A DNA stretch of 43,572 nucleotides from a virus (taxonomy: Duplodnaviria > Caudoviricetes), in IMG/VR virus record IMGVR_UViG_3300048589_000157, positions 1-43,572 of that record; one strand, 5' to 3'. Made by a program: the position numbers and the translations under genes. Shown here piece by piece: positions 9,761 through 18,877 of the stretch. How positions within the stretch are numbered: position 1 is the stretch's first letter; every line of letters begins with the position of its first letter. The notes beneath the pieces are model-generated. The model worked only from the letters and a program-made list of their open reading frames with translations. It had not been told where the DNA came from and searched no databases.

Positions 9761-10292
9761 CGTGCCGGACGGCTGGCAGTGTTTCGACGTTGCCGCCGCT
9801 TTGGAGTTCGTATCGCGGTTCGAGTTGGCGGTTGACGGCGGCGCACATCGAGGAACGGTCACGGCGCAATTGTTGCCACGTTTCGAGCGTGTCGTGGCGA
9901 TCGAGCCGGGGCCGCTGGCCGATCGCATCCCGACGGACGCTCTGGTGATCCGGGCGGCGCTCGGCGACAAGCCGGGCCGCGCAGGAATGGCCGATGGCGC
10001 CGAAAACTCCGGCCAGCGTCATCTGGTTGCGGGCGACGAGGTAAGCGTCATCACGCTGGACTCGCTGAATCTCGCGCCGGACTTCATCAAGTTGGACGTG
10101 GAGGGCTGCGAGTACGCGGCACTGATGGGAGGCGAGCGAACGATCCGAGGGCACAGGCCCGTAATCATGCTGGAGGACAACGGCCTATCGACCCGCTACG
10201 GGGTTGCCCGTGGCGAGTGCCGCTGCTTGCTGGAATCGTGGGGCGCGAAGCTGGTCGCCGTGCGCAACAAGGACGAAATCTATTCATGGTGA
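9750..10292 (+). CDS. FkbM-family methyltransferase
   Basis: VDGGAHRG, VAIEP, TLDSL, DFIKLDVEGCE, RPVIMLE; ATG at 9750. Confidence 0.85.
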   Translation: MGDDVPDGWQCFDVAAALEFVSRFELAVDGGAHRGTVTAQLLPRFERVVAIEPGPLADRIPTDALVIRAALGDKPGRAGMADGAENSGQRHLVAGDEVSVITLDSLNLAPDFIKLDVEGCEYAALMGGERTIRGHRPVIMLEDNGLSTRYGVARGECRCLLESWGAKLVAVRNKDEIYSW

Positions 10293-10861
10293 CGAACGTC
10301 TGCGTTCTTCGTAGCGGGGGTGACTACGGTCCCGAGCATGTCCGGTGGCTGGCGAAGCAGGTTCCCGATCTCGTGTGCCTGTCGGACGTTCCGGTGTCGG
10401 GTGTCGATACGGTGCGGATGCGCTACGGGTTCCCGGGCTGGTGGTCGAAAATCGAACTGTGCAGCGACGCCTTCGACGGCGACCTCATGTACTTCGACCT
10501 CGATACGGTGGTGTTCGACGTGCCGAAGGTCGATAAGACGACGGTACTACGGGACTTCTACTACCCCGAGACGATGGGCTCAGGGCTGATGTACATCGCG
10601 CAGGAAGACAAGGCGCGGGTGTTCGAGGATTTCATGCGGCAACCGAGCCTGCACATGCGCCGGCATTCGGTTGAAGGCGATCAGGCTTTCTTGCAGCAAC
10701 ACCTCGGCGACTGCCAGAAGTGGCAGGACGTTGCGAGGGTCGTTTCGTTCAAAGCGCATTGCCAAGACGGCGTGCCAGAGGGCACGCAGGTTGTGTGCTT
10801 TCACGGCAAACCGAGGCCCTGGCACGTTCTCGCTCCGTGGGTTCCGGTGATTCAGGGATAA
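10286..10861 (+). CDS. GT-A fold glycosyltransferase (GT8-like)
   Basis: GWWSKIEL, YFDLDTV (DxD), GDQAFL, VVCFHGKPRPW; ATG at 10286. Confidence 0.8.
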   Translation: MVTNVCVLRSGGDYGPEHVRWLAKQVPDLVCLSDVPVSGVDTVRMRYGFPGWWSKIELCSDAFDGDLMYFDLDTVVFDVPKVDKTTVLRDFYYPETMGSGLMYIAQEDKARVFEDFMRQPSLHMRRHSVEGDQAFLQQHLGDCQKWQDVARVVSFKAHCQDGVPEGTQVVCFHGKPRPWHVLAPWVPVIQG

Positions 10862-10880
10862 GCATGGCATAGTCTGACGC

Positions 10881-11285
10881 ATGGCGCGTTCGCTCACAAC
10901 CGATCAACGCACGGCACTTGCCGGCGATCACGTCATCCAGTGCGCGCTGGTTGAGGTTGGCCTCGACGCGGCGACGATTAGGCTGGCGCTGGCAGGACAC
11001 GACATTCAGTACGGCGGCAATACCTGGGTAGGCGCAGGAGCGCTCGGCAAGATCGAGCAGATCGAGGAAGGGTTGGCGCTTGAATCGCGCGGCATCCGCA
11101 TGACGCTCTCAGGCATTCCGACGACGATTGCGTCTGCCGTTCTCAGTGAGCCGATGGTGTTCAGGCCGGTGAAGATTTACACGGCAATCTACAACCGCGA
11201 CACGCACGCGCTCATCGATACGCCGGTGCTGGAATGGTCCGGGTTGCTGGATAGCGCGCAACTGGTAACGCAAGCGAGGGAATAA
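10881..11285 (+). CDS. Siphovirus-type minor tail/hub-like protein, apparently C-terminally truncated
   Basis: GNTWVGAGALGKIEQIEE...MTLSGIP...WSGLLD resembles the N-terminal part of hub proteins; ends shortly after. Confidence 0.5.
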   Translation: MARSLTTDQRTALAGDHVIQCALVEVGLDAATIRLALAGHDIQYGGNTWVGAGALGKIEQIEEGLALESRGIRMTLSGIPTTIASAVLSEPMVFRPVKIYTAIYNRDTHALIDTPVLEWSGLLDSAQLVTQARE

Positions 11286-11288
11286 GCG

Positions 11289-12221
11289 ATGGCATATGAA
11301 ACGATCGTAGTGCGGCAGAGCAAGGCGTTCGGCATCACTGGTGAGGACGGCGATACCACTGTTTCGCTCGACAGTGCCGTGCTTTCCGGGTCGATGCTCG
11401 TCGTGATTGGCGCTGGGGTCGATGCAAGCAGTTATGATGCATTGCTCTTGAATGGCGTAAGCGGTGGAGGGTCATGGGGGTCAATCACGAACGTCCGGTC
11501 GTCTTCGTCCTATGCACCTAACGTCTATTCTGCTGTCGCACACAACGTCAGCGCAGGATCGCCAACTGTAACTCTGTCGTGGAACGCATCGACGAATAAC
11601 AACGTCAGCGGCGTGTTGATGGAGTTGACGAAGGCGGCTACGAGCAGTGCAATCGATAAGAGCAAAACAGGGACATCCGCGTCTGGATCGACGATCAGCA
11701 CTGACGCTACTGGCGCTCTGACGCAAACACATAACCTTGCGATCCTGTGCGCTGGCGGATGGATTGGCACACCCAACAATCCGAGCGGATGGGTGAACGA
11801 TCTGACGCAGGGAAACGGATCGCCGAGCGTCGGGTGTCAGGTCAGCCACAAGAACGTCACGACGACAGACTCGATCACAGGGACTGTTACGTTTTCCGAC
11901 GCCGGCGCTTCGTCCGCGCTGCTACTCATCATCAAAGCGGCAGTCGCAGGCTCCGGATACAAATACAAGTTCGCGCTGAACGACGCAACGCTTACGAGCG
12001 CCGATACAGGGATCACCGGCTACGTCTGGCGTAACGGCGACCCGGATACGGTGCTGGCAGAGAAATACACCGGACTTGCAGGCGACGCTGAGGACGGCGT
12101 GTTGTACATCACGAGTGGCCTGCCGGAGGGCGTAGATTCAGGCGACACAATCGTCGGATCGTTCTACAACGAAAGCGACGGCAGCAGGCCGTTCGCCACT
12201 GGCACCGTGGAGAATGCGTGA
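11289..12221 (+). CDS. Ser/Thr/Gly-rich virion protein
   Basis: 310 aa, beta-rich, very Ser/Thr-rich, within structural operon. Confidence 0.65.
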   Translation: MAYETIVVRQSKAFGITGEDGDTTVSLDSAVLSGSMLVVIGAGVDASSYDALLLNGVSGGGSWGSITNVRSSSSYAPNVYSAVAHNVSAGSPTVTLSWNASTNNNVSGVLMELTKAATSSAIDKSKTGTSASGSTISTDATGALTQTHNLAILCAGGWIGTPNNPSGWVNDLTQGNGSPSVGCQVSHKNVTTTDSITGTVTFSDAGASSALLLIIKAAVAGSGYKYKFALNDATLTSADTGITGYVWRNGDPDTVLAEKYTGLAGDAEDGVLYITSGLPEGVDSGDTIVGSFYNESDGSRPFATGTVENA

Positions 12222-13267
12222 TGGCCAGCTTTCTGGAAGTCGCCGTTAGCGACATGCGAAAACCCGGCCAGCCGACTCCGTACTATCCGAATTCCTACGC
12301 ACTGAACGACGACACGTGGTGGCTGCGCATTTCGGAATCGGCGCAAAAAACGAGAGCCGTTTTGGTGCAGGGGCGCTATCCGACCAGTGAAGCGTGGAAC
12401 CCGTCAATAAATCAGGATTATGGCGAGGTTAGCTGGCTAGGGTCCGAGTACAGCACCAAAACGTGGAACCGGCTGTCGTGGTGGAATCATGTGATGCTCG
12501 GAGACACATACAAAAACAATCACGCGGCGGGTTTTACGGGCAACACGCGCGTGATGATCTGGGGCACGGAGTTGTGGGTAAAAAGCAAGTCGATTGGGGT
12601 GTGGACGCGAAGGCTGCATGGCGACTTGCAAACAGGCGATTGGTGGGAAACGAATTTCACGGCAGCGCGCAATCGGACTGATTTCGGTGCGTCGGCGTAT
12701 CGAATCGAGGCATCGACCGGCTACATGTCGGTACGCACTCCAAACGTCCCGGAGTGGACATATGCACTCTGGCATGGGTGGTCGGCATCTGTCGATATAG
12801 ACCCGTGGGACGTGGCGGACGTTATTTCGGTGCAACGCACAGCGCTCGTGTTGCACGATCCGCTAGGAATAGACGACCGGGACGCCAGCAGGTTTCTGGC
12901 GGGCTGCGGGGCGGACTACATCCCCACTGACGCGCTCGGGTGGTATCCCGGCGTCGGGACATCAAAGGCCAAGTTCGTCCGCGCCAAATGGCCGAACTGG
13001 CAATTCCACGTCATGCACACGATGACGGAGGCGCAGATTCGCGCGCCCGGTGGGTGTCCAGACGAATTGCTTGCGCTGTCCGAAGGTGGTGGCGATCCGG
13101 GTCCGGGTCCGGGTCCGGGTCCGGGTGGCACGACGATCCACGCGCCGACAGTCGGCGAGTGGCAGCCGCTGCTTGTCGGTGGCAAGGCGGGCTGGGGGAC
13201 CAGTGGAGTCACAGGCTCGCCATCTGGAAAAATCCGCCGCCGTCGCGGCATCGTTCTCATGGAGTGA
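12221..13267 (+). CDS. Putative virion/receptor-binding protein with Gly-Pro linker
   Basis: Trp-rich globular domain, (PG)5 linker, short C-terminal module; TGATG coupling. Confidence 0.6.
   Translation: MASFLEVAVSDMRKPGQPTPYYPNSYALNDDTWWLRISESAQKTRAVLVQGRYPTSEAWNPSINQDYGEVSWLGSEYSTKTWNRLSWWNHVMLGDTYKNNHAAGFTGNTRVMIWGTELWVKSKSIGVWTRRLHGDLQTGDWWETNFTAARNRTDFGASAYRIEASTGYMSVRTPNVPEWTYALWHGWSASVDIDPWDVADVISVQRTALVLHDPLGIDDRDASRFLAGCGADYIPTDALGWYPGVGTSKAKFVRAKWPNWQFHVMHTMTEAQIRAPGGCPDELLALSEGGGDPGPGPGPGPGGTTIHAPTVGEWQPLLVGGKAGWGTSGVTGSPSGKIRRRRGIVLME
13097..13126 (+). repeat. (CCGGGT)5 microsatellite encoding a Pro-Gly linker
   Basis: Five perfect hexamer copies. Confidence 0.9.
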
Positions 13268-13270
13268 AGC

Positions 13271-13846
13271 ATGTTCATCAAGCAAAGCGAATCGACTGCG
13301 GCGCGGCGCACGTTTTATTTCACCGCGACGAACACGGCCGACGACAGCGCATACACAGGCGCGCTCTCCGGCGCAGACCTGAAAATCAGCAAGGCCGGCG
13401 GCGCGGAGGCGAGTTCCGCCGGGACTGCGACGCACATCGCCACAGGTCTGTTCAAGTACGAGGCGACGGCAGGCGAGTGCGACACGCTCGGAGAGCTGTG
13501 CCTGCGAGTTGCGAAGTCCGGCTTGTACAACGACGTGCGCGTCAAGACCGTCGTGCCGTGGGATCCGTTTAACGCTTCGTCTCTCGGCCTGACGAATATC
13601 GACGCTCCGATCTCGACGCGCTCGACTCTGACCGCTGCCGCGCTGCTCGACCTGGCGGACGGCATCGAAACAGGCATGACGCCGCGCCAAGCCCTTCGCC
13701 TCCTGTGCGCCATCCTCGGCGGCAAGACGGAAGGCGCCGACACGAATAGCGAGAAGTTCCTCGCCGCCGTGGCGGATCACAAGATACGCGCGACGGTGAC
13801 GCTGGTCGGCTCGGATCGTTCGTCGGTTGCCGTGGATCTGGACTGA
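13271..13846 (+). CDS. Putative virion structural protein
   Basis: 191 aa; KISKAGG, GLFKYEATAGECDTLG, TPRQALRLLCAILGGK motifs; GGAG SD. Confidence 0.65.
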   Translation: MFIKQSESTAARRTFYFTATNTADDSAYTGALSGADLKISKAGGAEASSAGTATHIATGLFKYEATAGECDTLGELCLRVAKSGLYNDVRVKTVVPWDPFNASSLGLTNIDAPISTRSTLTAAALLDLADGIETGMTPRQALRLLCAILGGKTEGADTNSEKFLAAVADHKIRATVTLVGSDRSSVAVDLD

Positions 13847-14169
13847 TGTTCAACGCTCAGACCTTCGGGCTGCGCACGTTCTCGGCCAATACATTCATCG
13901 GAACGTCGGGGCTCGCTCCGACGACGATCTCGATCCCGATCAAGCGCGGCGGGGCGATCTTAGCCCTGACGACGTTCGACTACTGGATCATCAACGCCGA
14001 TGACGAGTTGATTGCATCCGGCACGGCGACGACGGGTACGGATGGTGTTCTCGGGATCACGCTGTCTGCCGGGTACACCGGGCAGACGGTCAACGTGGTG
14101 GTGAACAATCTTGCGCAGGACATGAACACTGCCGGCAAGTGGCAGAAGCAATTCGTGGTGACCATATGA
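13846..14169 (+). CDS. Putative virion structural protein
   Basis: 107 aa, TGATG coupled, N-terminal F-repeat (MFNAQTFGLRTFSANTF). Confidence 0.6.
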   Translation: MFNAQTFGLRTFSANTFIGTSGLAPTTISIPIKRGGAILALTTFDYWIINADDELIASGTATTGTDGVLGITLSAGYTGQTVNVVVNNLAQDMNTAGKWQKQFVVTI

Positions 14170-14819
14170 ACTACACCGAACTGGTCGCAGCAATCACGTC
14201 ATGGTCGCACAGATCGGACGTTGCCGCGCAGGCCGACACGTTCATCCAGTTGGCCGAGGCCGAGTTCAATACTCGCCTGCGCACGGTCGATCAGGAGACG
14301 GTCGCGGAGCTTGTCTGCAACACGCGGTACACGGCGCTACCGGCGGACTTCCTCGAAATGCGCGCCGTCGAGTACCTGGGCGACACGATCAGCAACCTGA
14401 CCTATGCCACGCCGGAATTCGTCTCCGAGTGGCGTCGGGCGTCGCCGACCGGGGACTCGAAGGCGTACACGCTGCGCGGGTTGTACATCGAGCTGCTGCC
14501 GAACCTCGGGGCGGACGATCCCGACGTTGACGGATTCGGCGACGACGTTGCGCCGTTCCAGTCGGGCGAAGTGCCGCTGACGATCCACTACTGGGCGAAG
14601 GTGCCTGCGCTGACTGCGCTGGCGCCGACGAACTGGCTCATTAACGCGCACCCGAACCTGTACCTGTACGAATGTCTGCGCGAAGCGGCGATCTGGACGA
14701 AGGACGACCGCGCCATCGAGCGGTACGCGAACCTGCTGCAAGGCTATTGGGCTTCGTTGAAGGCAAACGACGTGAACCGCCGTTTCGGCGGCTCGGCGCT
14801 GTTCATCAGGGCGGCGTAA
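14166..14819 (+). CDS. Head-tail adaptor protein
   Basis: MNYTELVAAI..W..RSD...FIQLAEAEFNTRLR, TNWL...HPNLYLY motifs; ATG at 14166. Confidence 0.8.
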   Translation: MNYTELVAAITSWSHRSDVAAQADTFIQLAEAEFNTRLRTVDQETVAELVCNTRYTALPADFLEMRAVEYLGDTISNLTYATPEFVSEWRRASPTGDSKAYTLRGLYIELLPNLGADDPDVDGFGDDVAPFQSGEVPLTIHYWAKVPALTALAPTNWLINAHPNLYLYECLREAAIWTKDDRAIERYANLLQGYWASLKANDVNRRFGGSALFIRAA

Positions 14820-15908
14820 GTGGCTAGCCTGTGGGATGCTCTGACGCAGTACCTGCGGGACGCCGCTCCGGGCGGTGCGTTGAACCCGGAAGTGACGCCG
14901 CAGGGGCTGCTTGATACGGCCGCGATGGCGACGGCTCCCGTGCCAGTTGCCGGGGATGTCGTGGGGCTGCTGGCCGACGCGAACAGGATGCGCGACCCGG
15001 CGGAACGCACGCCGCTGAATTTCGGTCTGATGGCGCTTGGTGCGCTGCCGTTCGTGCCGAGCGCGTTAGCGCACGCGGGGCTAGTGAAAGGCTCTCGGGG
15101 CGCTCGTGCGTGGGCAAATCAGGACGGCGCAATCAAGGTTTTCCACGGCTCGCCGCACAAGTTCGACAAGTTCGATCTGAGCAAGATCGGAACGGGGGAA
15201 GGTGCGCAGGCGTATGGGCATGGGGCGTATCTGGCTGAGTCGCCAAGAGTGGCGAAAGAATATGCGGATTCTCTTTCTCCGCTAGAAATACTGCATAACG
15301 GTCGGGCGGTTGGTGTCTTTGACAAAGACGCTGCGGCGAATGCCGCGCATCAGATACGCGCGACTGGCGGCGATGTTAACAAGGCAATTAAGCGAGCAGG
15401 AAACATTTACAACGGCAAATGGCGAGATGATGTCATAGCGGAAATTAAGCGACTAGGCCCAGGTGACGTAAGCGAACGAATTGGCGGCAATCTCTACGAA
15501 GCCAATCTGCGCTGGCCCGACGCTGCCCGCGAAGCCGCCGACCCGATGGGGCCGCAGCACTTCCTTGATTGGGATAAGCCGCTGAGTAATGATTCTCCGC
15601 AGCATATTAAGGACGCTTTTAATAAACTGCATCAGGATTACCCGGACTTGAAAGAAAAGTTATTCCAAGCGTACAGGGAAGGGAGGGCGGGCGATCATTA
15701 CTATTCATTGTTGAACGATTACGCGAAAACTGGCGACCTTGCAAAGAATCAGGAGTTTGCCGCAAAAGCGTTACGCGATGCAGGCATCCCAGGCATTCGC
15801 TACTTAGACGCCGGTTCCCGTGGCGCAGGCGGCACGTCCAACTATGTTGTATTCGACGACGCGCTCATCGACATCCTTACGCGCAACGGCGTGCCGGTGA
15901 AAAAATGA
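14820..15908 (+). CDS. PT-TG-like N-terminus + ADP-ribosyltransferase-like (ART-PolyVal-type) domain
   Basis: FHGSPHKFDKFDLSKIGTGEGAQAYGHGAYLAESPRVAKEY...GIPGIRYLD...NYVVFDD; N-terminal PVPVAGDVVG...ALGALPFVP. Confidence 0.65.
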   Translation: MASLWDALTQYLRDAAPGGALNPEVTPQGLLDTAAMATAPVPVAGDVVGLLADANRMRDPAERTPLNFGLMALGALPFVPSALAHAGLVKGSRGARAWANQDGAIKVFHGSPHKFDKFDLSKIGTGEGAQAYGHGAYLAESPRVAKEYADSLSPLEILHNGRAVGVFDKDAAANAAHQIRATGGDVNKAIKRAGNIYNGKWRDDVIAEIKRLGPGDVSERIGGNLYEANLRWPDAAREAADPMGPQHFLDWDKPLSNDSPQHIKDAFNKLHQDYPDLKEKLFQAYREGRAGDHYYSLLNDYAKTGDLAKNQEFAAKALRDAGIPGIRYLDAGSRGAGGTSNYVVFDDALIDILTRNGVPVKK

Positions 15909-17344
15909 CCATCCAGCCATTCATCGGTTGGGCGCCAGACGCCGACGCGACGACGCCGGGCATCCTCGTCGATGTCGAGATGATGGAGCCGAGCCCGCGC
16001 GGCATGAAAGCGGCACCGTCGGCTGTCGTCACCGACCTGCCTGCGTTGGCCGCTGCCTGCAAGGGCGCTGCGCTTATCACGCAACTGGACGGCACGAAGC
16101 GCCTGTTTGCCGGCACGGAAGCCGCGCTGTACGAGGCAGGCTCGGGCGCTTGGACGGATCGTAGTTCCGGCGCGTACACGACCGGCGACGGCAAGTGGCG
16201 TTTCGCGCAGTTCGGCGACGTGACGATTGCCGTAAACGGCACGGACGACCCGCAGACGAGTTCGAGCGGGGCGTTCTCTGCTCTCACGGCGATGCCGGTC
16301 GCAAGCCTGGTCGCAACCGCCGCAGGGTTCGTTGTCGTCGCCAATATCACGGACGCGGACTATCCGCACGCCGATGCGTGGTGGTGTTCGGCGCTCTACG
16401 ATCACACGAACTGGACTCCCGCTATAGCGACGCAGAGCGCGCGGGCGAGGCTTCTGGATACACCGGGGCCGATCAAGGCTCTGAGGGCGCTAGGAAGCCT
16501 TCTGGTGGCCTACAAAGAGCGTTCCATGTATCTCGGGCAGTACGTCGGCCCGGATGTGATTTGGGCATGGCAACCTGTGCCGGGCGAAGTCGGCGCGTTC
16601 TCGCAGGAAGGCGTTGTTTCGGACGGCTCCGCACATTACTGGTGGGGCGGCGACGACTTCTATCGGTTTGACGGTTCCCGGCCGCAGCCGATCGGCAAGC
16701 TCGTCCGCAAGTGGTTCGCGCAGAACTCCGACCCGGCGTACCTGTTCAAGATGGCCGGCGATTACGACCGGGCTTCGGGGCTTATCCGCTGGTACTTCGT
16801 TGCTCCAGGTGAAACCGAGCCGACGCGCTGCATCGTGCTGGATACCCGTTCCGGGCAGTGGGGCCGGGCGGATCGGAATGTCGAGGCGCTAGTCGATTAC
16901 GTTTCCGCGTCGATCACCTATGACTCGGCGGGTGTTCTTGCTTCGGTGACATACGACACGCTGGCTATCTCGCAGTCGTTCGATTCGCCCTACTGGCTGG
17001 CTCGGTCGGAGTTGCCGGCCGTCATTGACGACTCGCACACGCTGCTGTCGCTCTCCGGTGTTCCGGGGGCTTCGTCGATCACGACCGGCGACTTGGGCGA
17101 CGACGACACGCACACGCTAATGCGCCGGGTGCGCCTGCGGTATGCGGATCGACCCGATACGGCGCAGGTAACGGCGTATCACAAGAGCGACGGCGACCTG
17201 ATCGAAGGTGAAACGGTGACGGAAGATTCGGGGAAATTCGACGTACTGCAATCCGACCTGTGGCACCGGCTGCGGTTCGACTTCACTGGTTCCGTTGAAG
17301 TCTCGGGCATGAATGCTGACCTTCAACCGGACGGCGCCCGATGA
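15905..17344 (+). CDS. Tail nozzle/DNA-stabilisation protein (P22 gp10/T7 gp12-like)
   Basis: 479 aa with beta-propeller-like repeats (WRFAQFGD, WWCSAL, FYRFDG); between adaptor and ejection genes. Confidence 0.75.
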   Translation: MTIQPFIGWAPDADATTPGILVDVEMMEPSPRGMKAAPSAVVTDLPALAAACKGAALITQLDGTKRLFAGTEAALYEAGSGAWTDRSSGAYTTGDGKWRFAQFGDVTIAVNGTDDPQTSSSGAFSALTAMPVASLVATAAGFVVVANITDADYPHADAWWCSALYDHTNWTPAIATQSARARLLDTPGPIKALRALGSLLVAYKERSMYLGQYVGPDVIWAWQPVPGEVGAFSQEGVVSDGSAHYWWGGDDFYRFDGSRPQPIGKLVRKWFAQNSDPAYLFKMAGDYDRASGLIRWYFVAPGETEPTRCIVLDTRSGQWGRADRNVEALVDYVSASITYDSAGVLASVTYDTLAISQSFDSPYWLARSELPAVIDDSHTLLSLSGVPGASSITTGDLGDDDTHTLMRRVRLRYADRPDTAQVTAYHKSDGDLIEGETVTEDSGKFDVLQSDLWHRLRFDFTGSVEVSGMNADLQPDGAR

Positions 17345-17601
17345 AGGTCGGCTCCGATCCGAGGCTTCCTCTAGGCGATCTAGGCCGCTTGATCGTGCGC
17401 CTGTATGACGTGTTTCGGGAATACGCGCGTGCGGTGAACGATCTGGACGACCGAAGTGTATTGCGTGGCGAAGGCGACCCGAACAACGTCGTAACGGCGT
17501 CTGTTGGCAGGTTGTACGTCGACACGACGGGCGGAGCGGGAACGGTGTTGTACGTCAAAGAGTCGGGCACGAGTACCAATACAGGATGGGTAGCGAAATG
17601 A
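17341..17601 (+). CDS. Small tail-associated protein
   Basis: Coiled N-terminus plus GEGDPNNVVTASVGRLYV..GGAGTVLYVKESG..NTGWVAK, a motif typical of tailspike/needle C-termini. Confidence 0.65.
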   Translation: MKVGSDPRLPLGDLGRLIVRLYDVFREYARAVNDLDDRSVLRGEGDPNNVVTASVGRLYVDTTGGAGTVLYVKESGTSTNTGWVAK

Positions 17602-18554
17602 TCGGTGAAATCTTGGGCGGGCTCGGTGCGCTCGGTGGCCTGTTCGGCAGCGGCGACGACGAAGTAACGCAACGGCAAGAGTTGCCGTCGTTCCTGCAAC
17701 CCTATGCGCCGCTGTACGCGCAGATGGGTTACAACCTGTCACAGCAGCCGTTCAACCCGTATCCGTTCGAGACGGTCGCGCCGTTCACGCAGGATCAGAA
17801 CGCCGCGATGGACATGGTGCGCCAGCGGTCGATGGCGGGCTCTCCTGTGGTCAACGCTGCGCAACAGCAGACATTGAACACGATCAACGGCGACTATCTG
17901 AATCCGTCGACGAACCCGTACTTGCAACAGACGTTCGACCAAGCGGCGAACCGAGTGACGGATGCGTTTTCGCGTGGCACGGCTGCGCAGACGGACGCGC
18001 GATTCGCTCGCGCAGGGGCCTTCGGTGGCTCCGCGTGGAACGAGATGCAGGGCGCGAATCAGCAGGCGTTGGGCGATTCGCTGGCCGGCTTGGGCGCCAA
18101 CATCTTCGGCAACAACTACGCGCAGGAACGCAACCGGCAACAGCAAGCGAGCCAGTTCGCGCCGAACCTCGCCGCACAGGACTACCGCGATGCTGAAGCC
18201 TTGCTGAATGTCGGCGGGATGCAGCAGCAGCAGGGGCAGAACTACCTGAGCGACGACGCGAATCGGTTTGCGCAAGCGCAGCAGTACCCGTATCAGCAGT
18301 TCCAGACGTTCGGGCAAATCTTCAATCCGGCGCTTGGCGGGCAGTCGACGCAAACCCTGCCCGGTGTCAATCCGGTTGCCGGTGCATTGGGCGGGGCGAT
18401 GGGCGGCTTGGGCATCTACAACGCCGGGCAGCAAGCGGGCGTGTGGGGCCAGCCGAATACGGGTGGAAGCGGGTTACTCGGCTCGGCTACTGCGTCAACG
18501 CCGTATCAGCCGACGACCGATTGGGGCGGGATCTTCTCTGGCGGGAGGCTGTGA
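17598..18554 (+). CDS. DNA ejection/pilot protein (gp7-like)
   Basis: Gly-rich hydrophobic N-terminus, Gln/Asn/Ala-rich body, NPYLQ and GAFGGS motifs. Confidence 0.7.
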   Translation: MIGEILGGLGALGGLFGSGDDEVTQRQELPSFLQPYAPLYAQMGYNLSQQPFNPYPFETVAPFTQDQNAAMDMVRQRSMAGSPVVNAAQQQTLNTINGDYLNPSTNPYLQQTFDQAANRVTDAFSRGTAAQTDARFARAGAFGGSAWNEMQGANQQALGDSLAGLGANIFGNNYAQERNRQQQASQFAPNLAAQDYRDAEALLNVGGMQQQQGQNYLSDDANRFAQAQQYPYQQFQTFGQIFNPALGGQSTQTLPGVNPVAGALGGAMGGLGIYNAGQQAGVWGQPNTGGSGLLGSATASTPYQPTTDWGGIFSGGRL

Positions 18555-18877
18555 TGTACGGCTATCAACAAGGTTTGCTCGGCTCACAGGATCAAGGAAG
18601 CGGCCTGCTTGGAACAGGAACTCAGGACTTAATGCGCCAATACCTGCAAAGCCTTTTCATGCGCCGCTATCAGCCGCCCGCGATCCCGCAGCAGCCGGGC
18701 ATGGTCGGCTCGCGCATGGGCCCAGGTGGGATGCAGTACATGGCCCCGCAGGTCGCACAGGCCGCGCCTCCGGGCAAGACCGAGATGCAGCGGATGCAGG
18801 AGCAGCTCGCGGCGCTGCAGGCGCAGATGCAGCCGAGCCTGTGGCAGGGCTACGACGACTTCGGAGGCGGCTGGTAA
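18554..18877 (+). CDS. Small Gln/Gly/Met-rich putative ejection protein
   Basis: GGAGG SD, TGATG coupling, GLLG motifs shared with neighbouring genes. Confidence 0.55.
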   Translation: MYGYQQGLLGSQDQGSGLLGTGTQDLMRQYLQSLFMRRYQPPAIPQQPGMVGSRMGPGGMQYMAPQVAQAAPPGKTEMQRMQEQLAALQAQMQPSLWQGYDDFGGGW

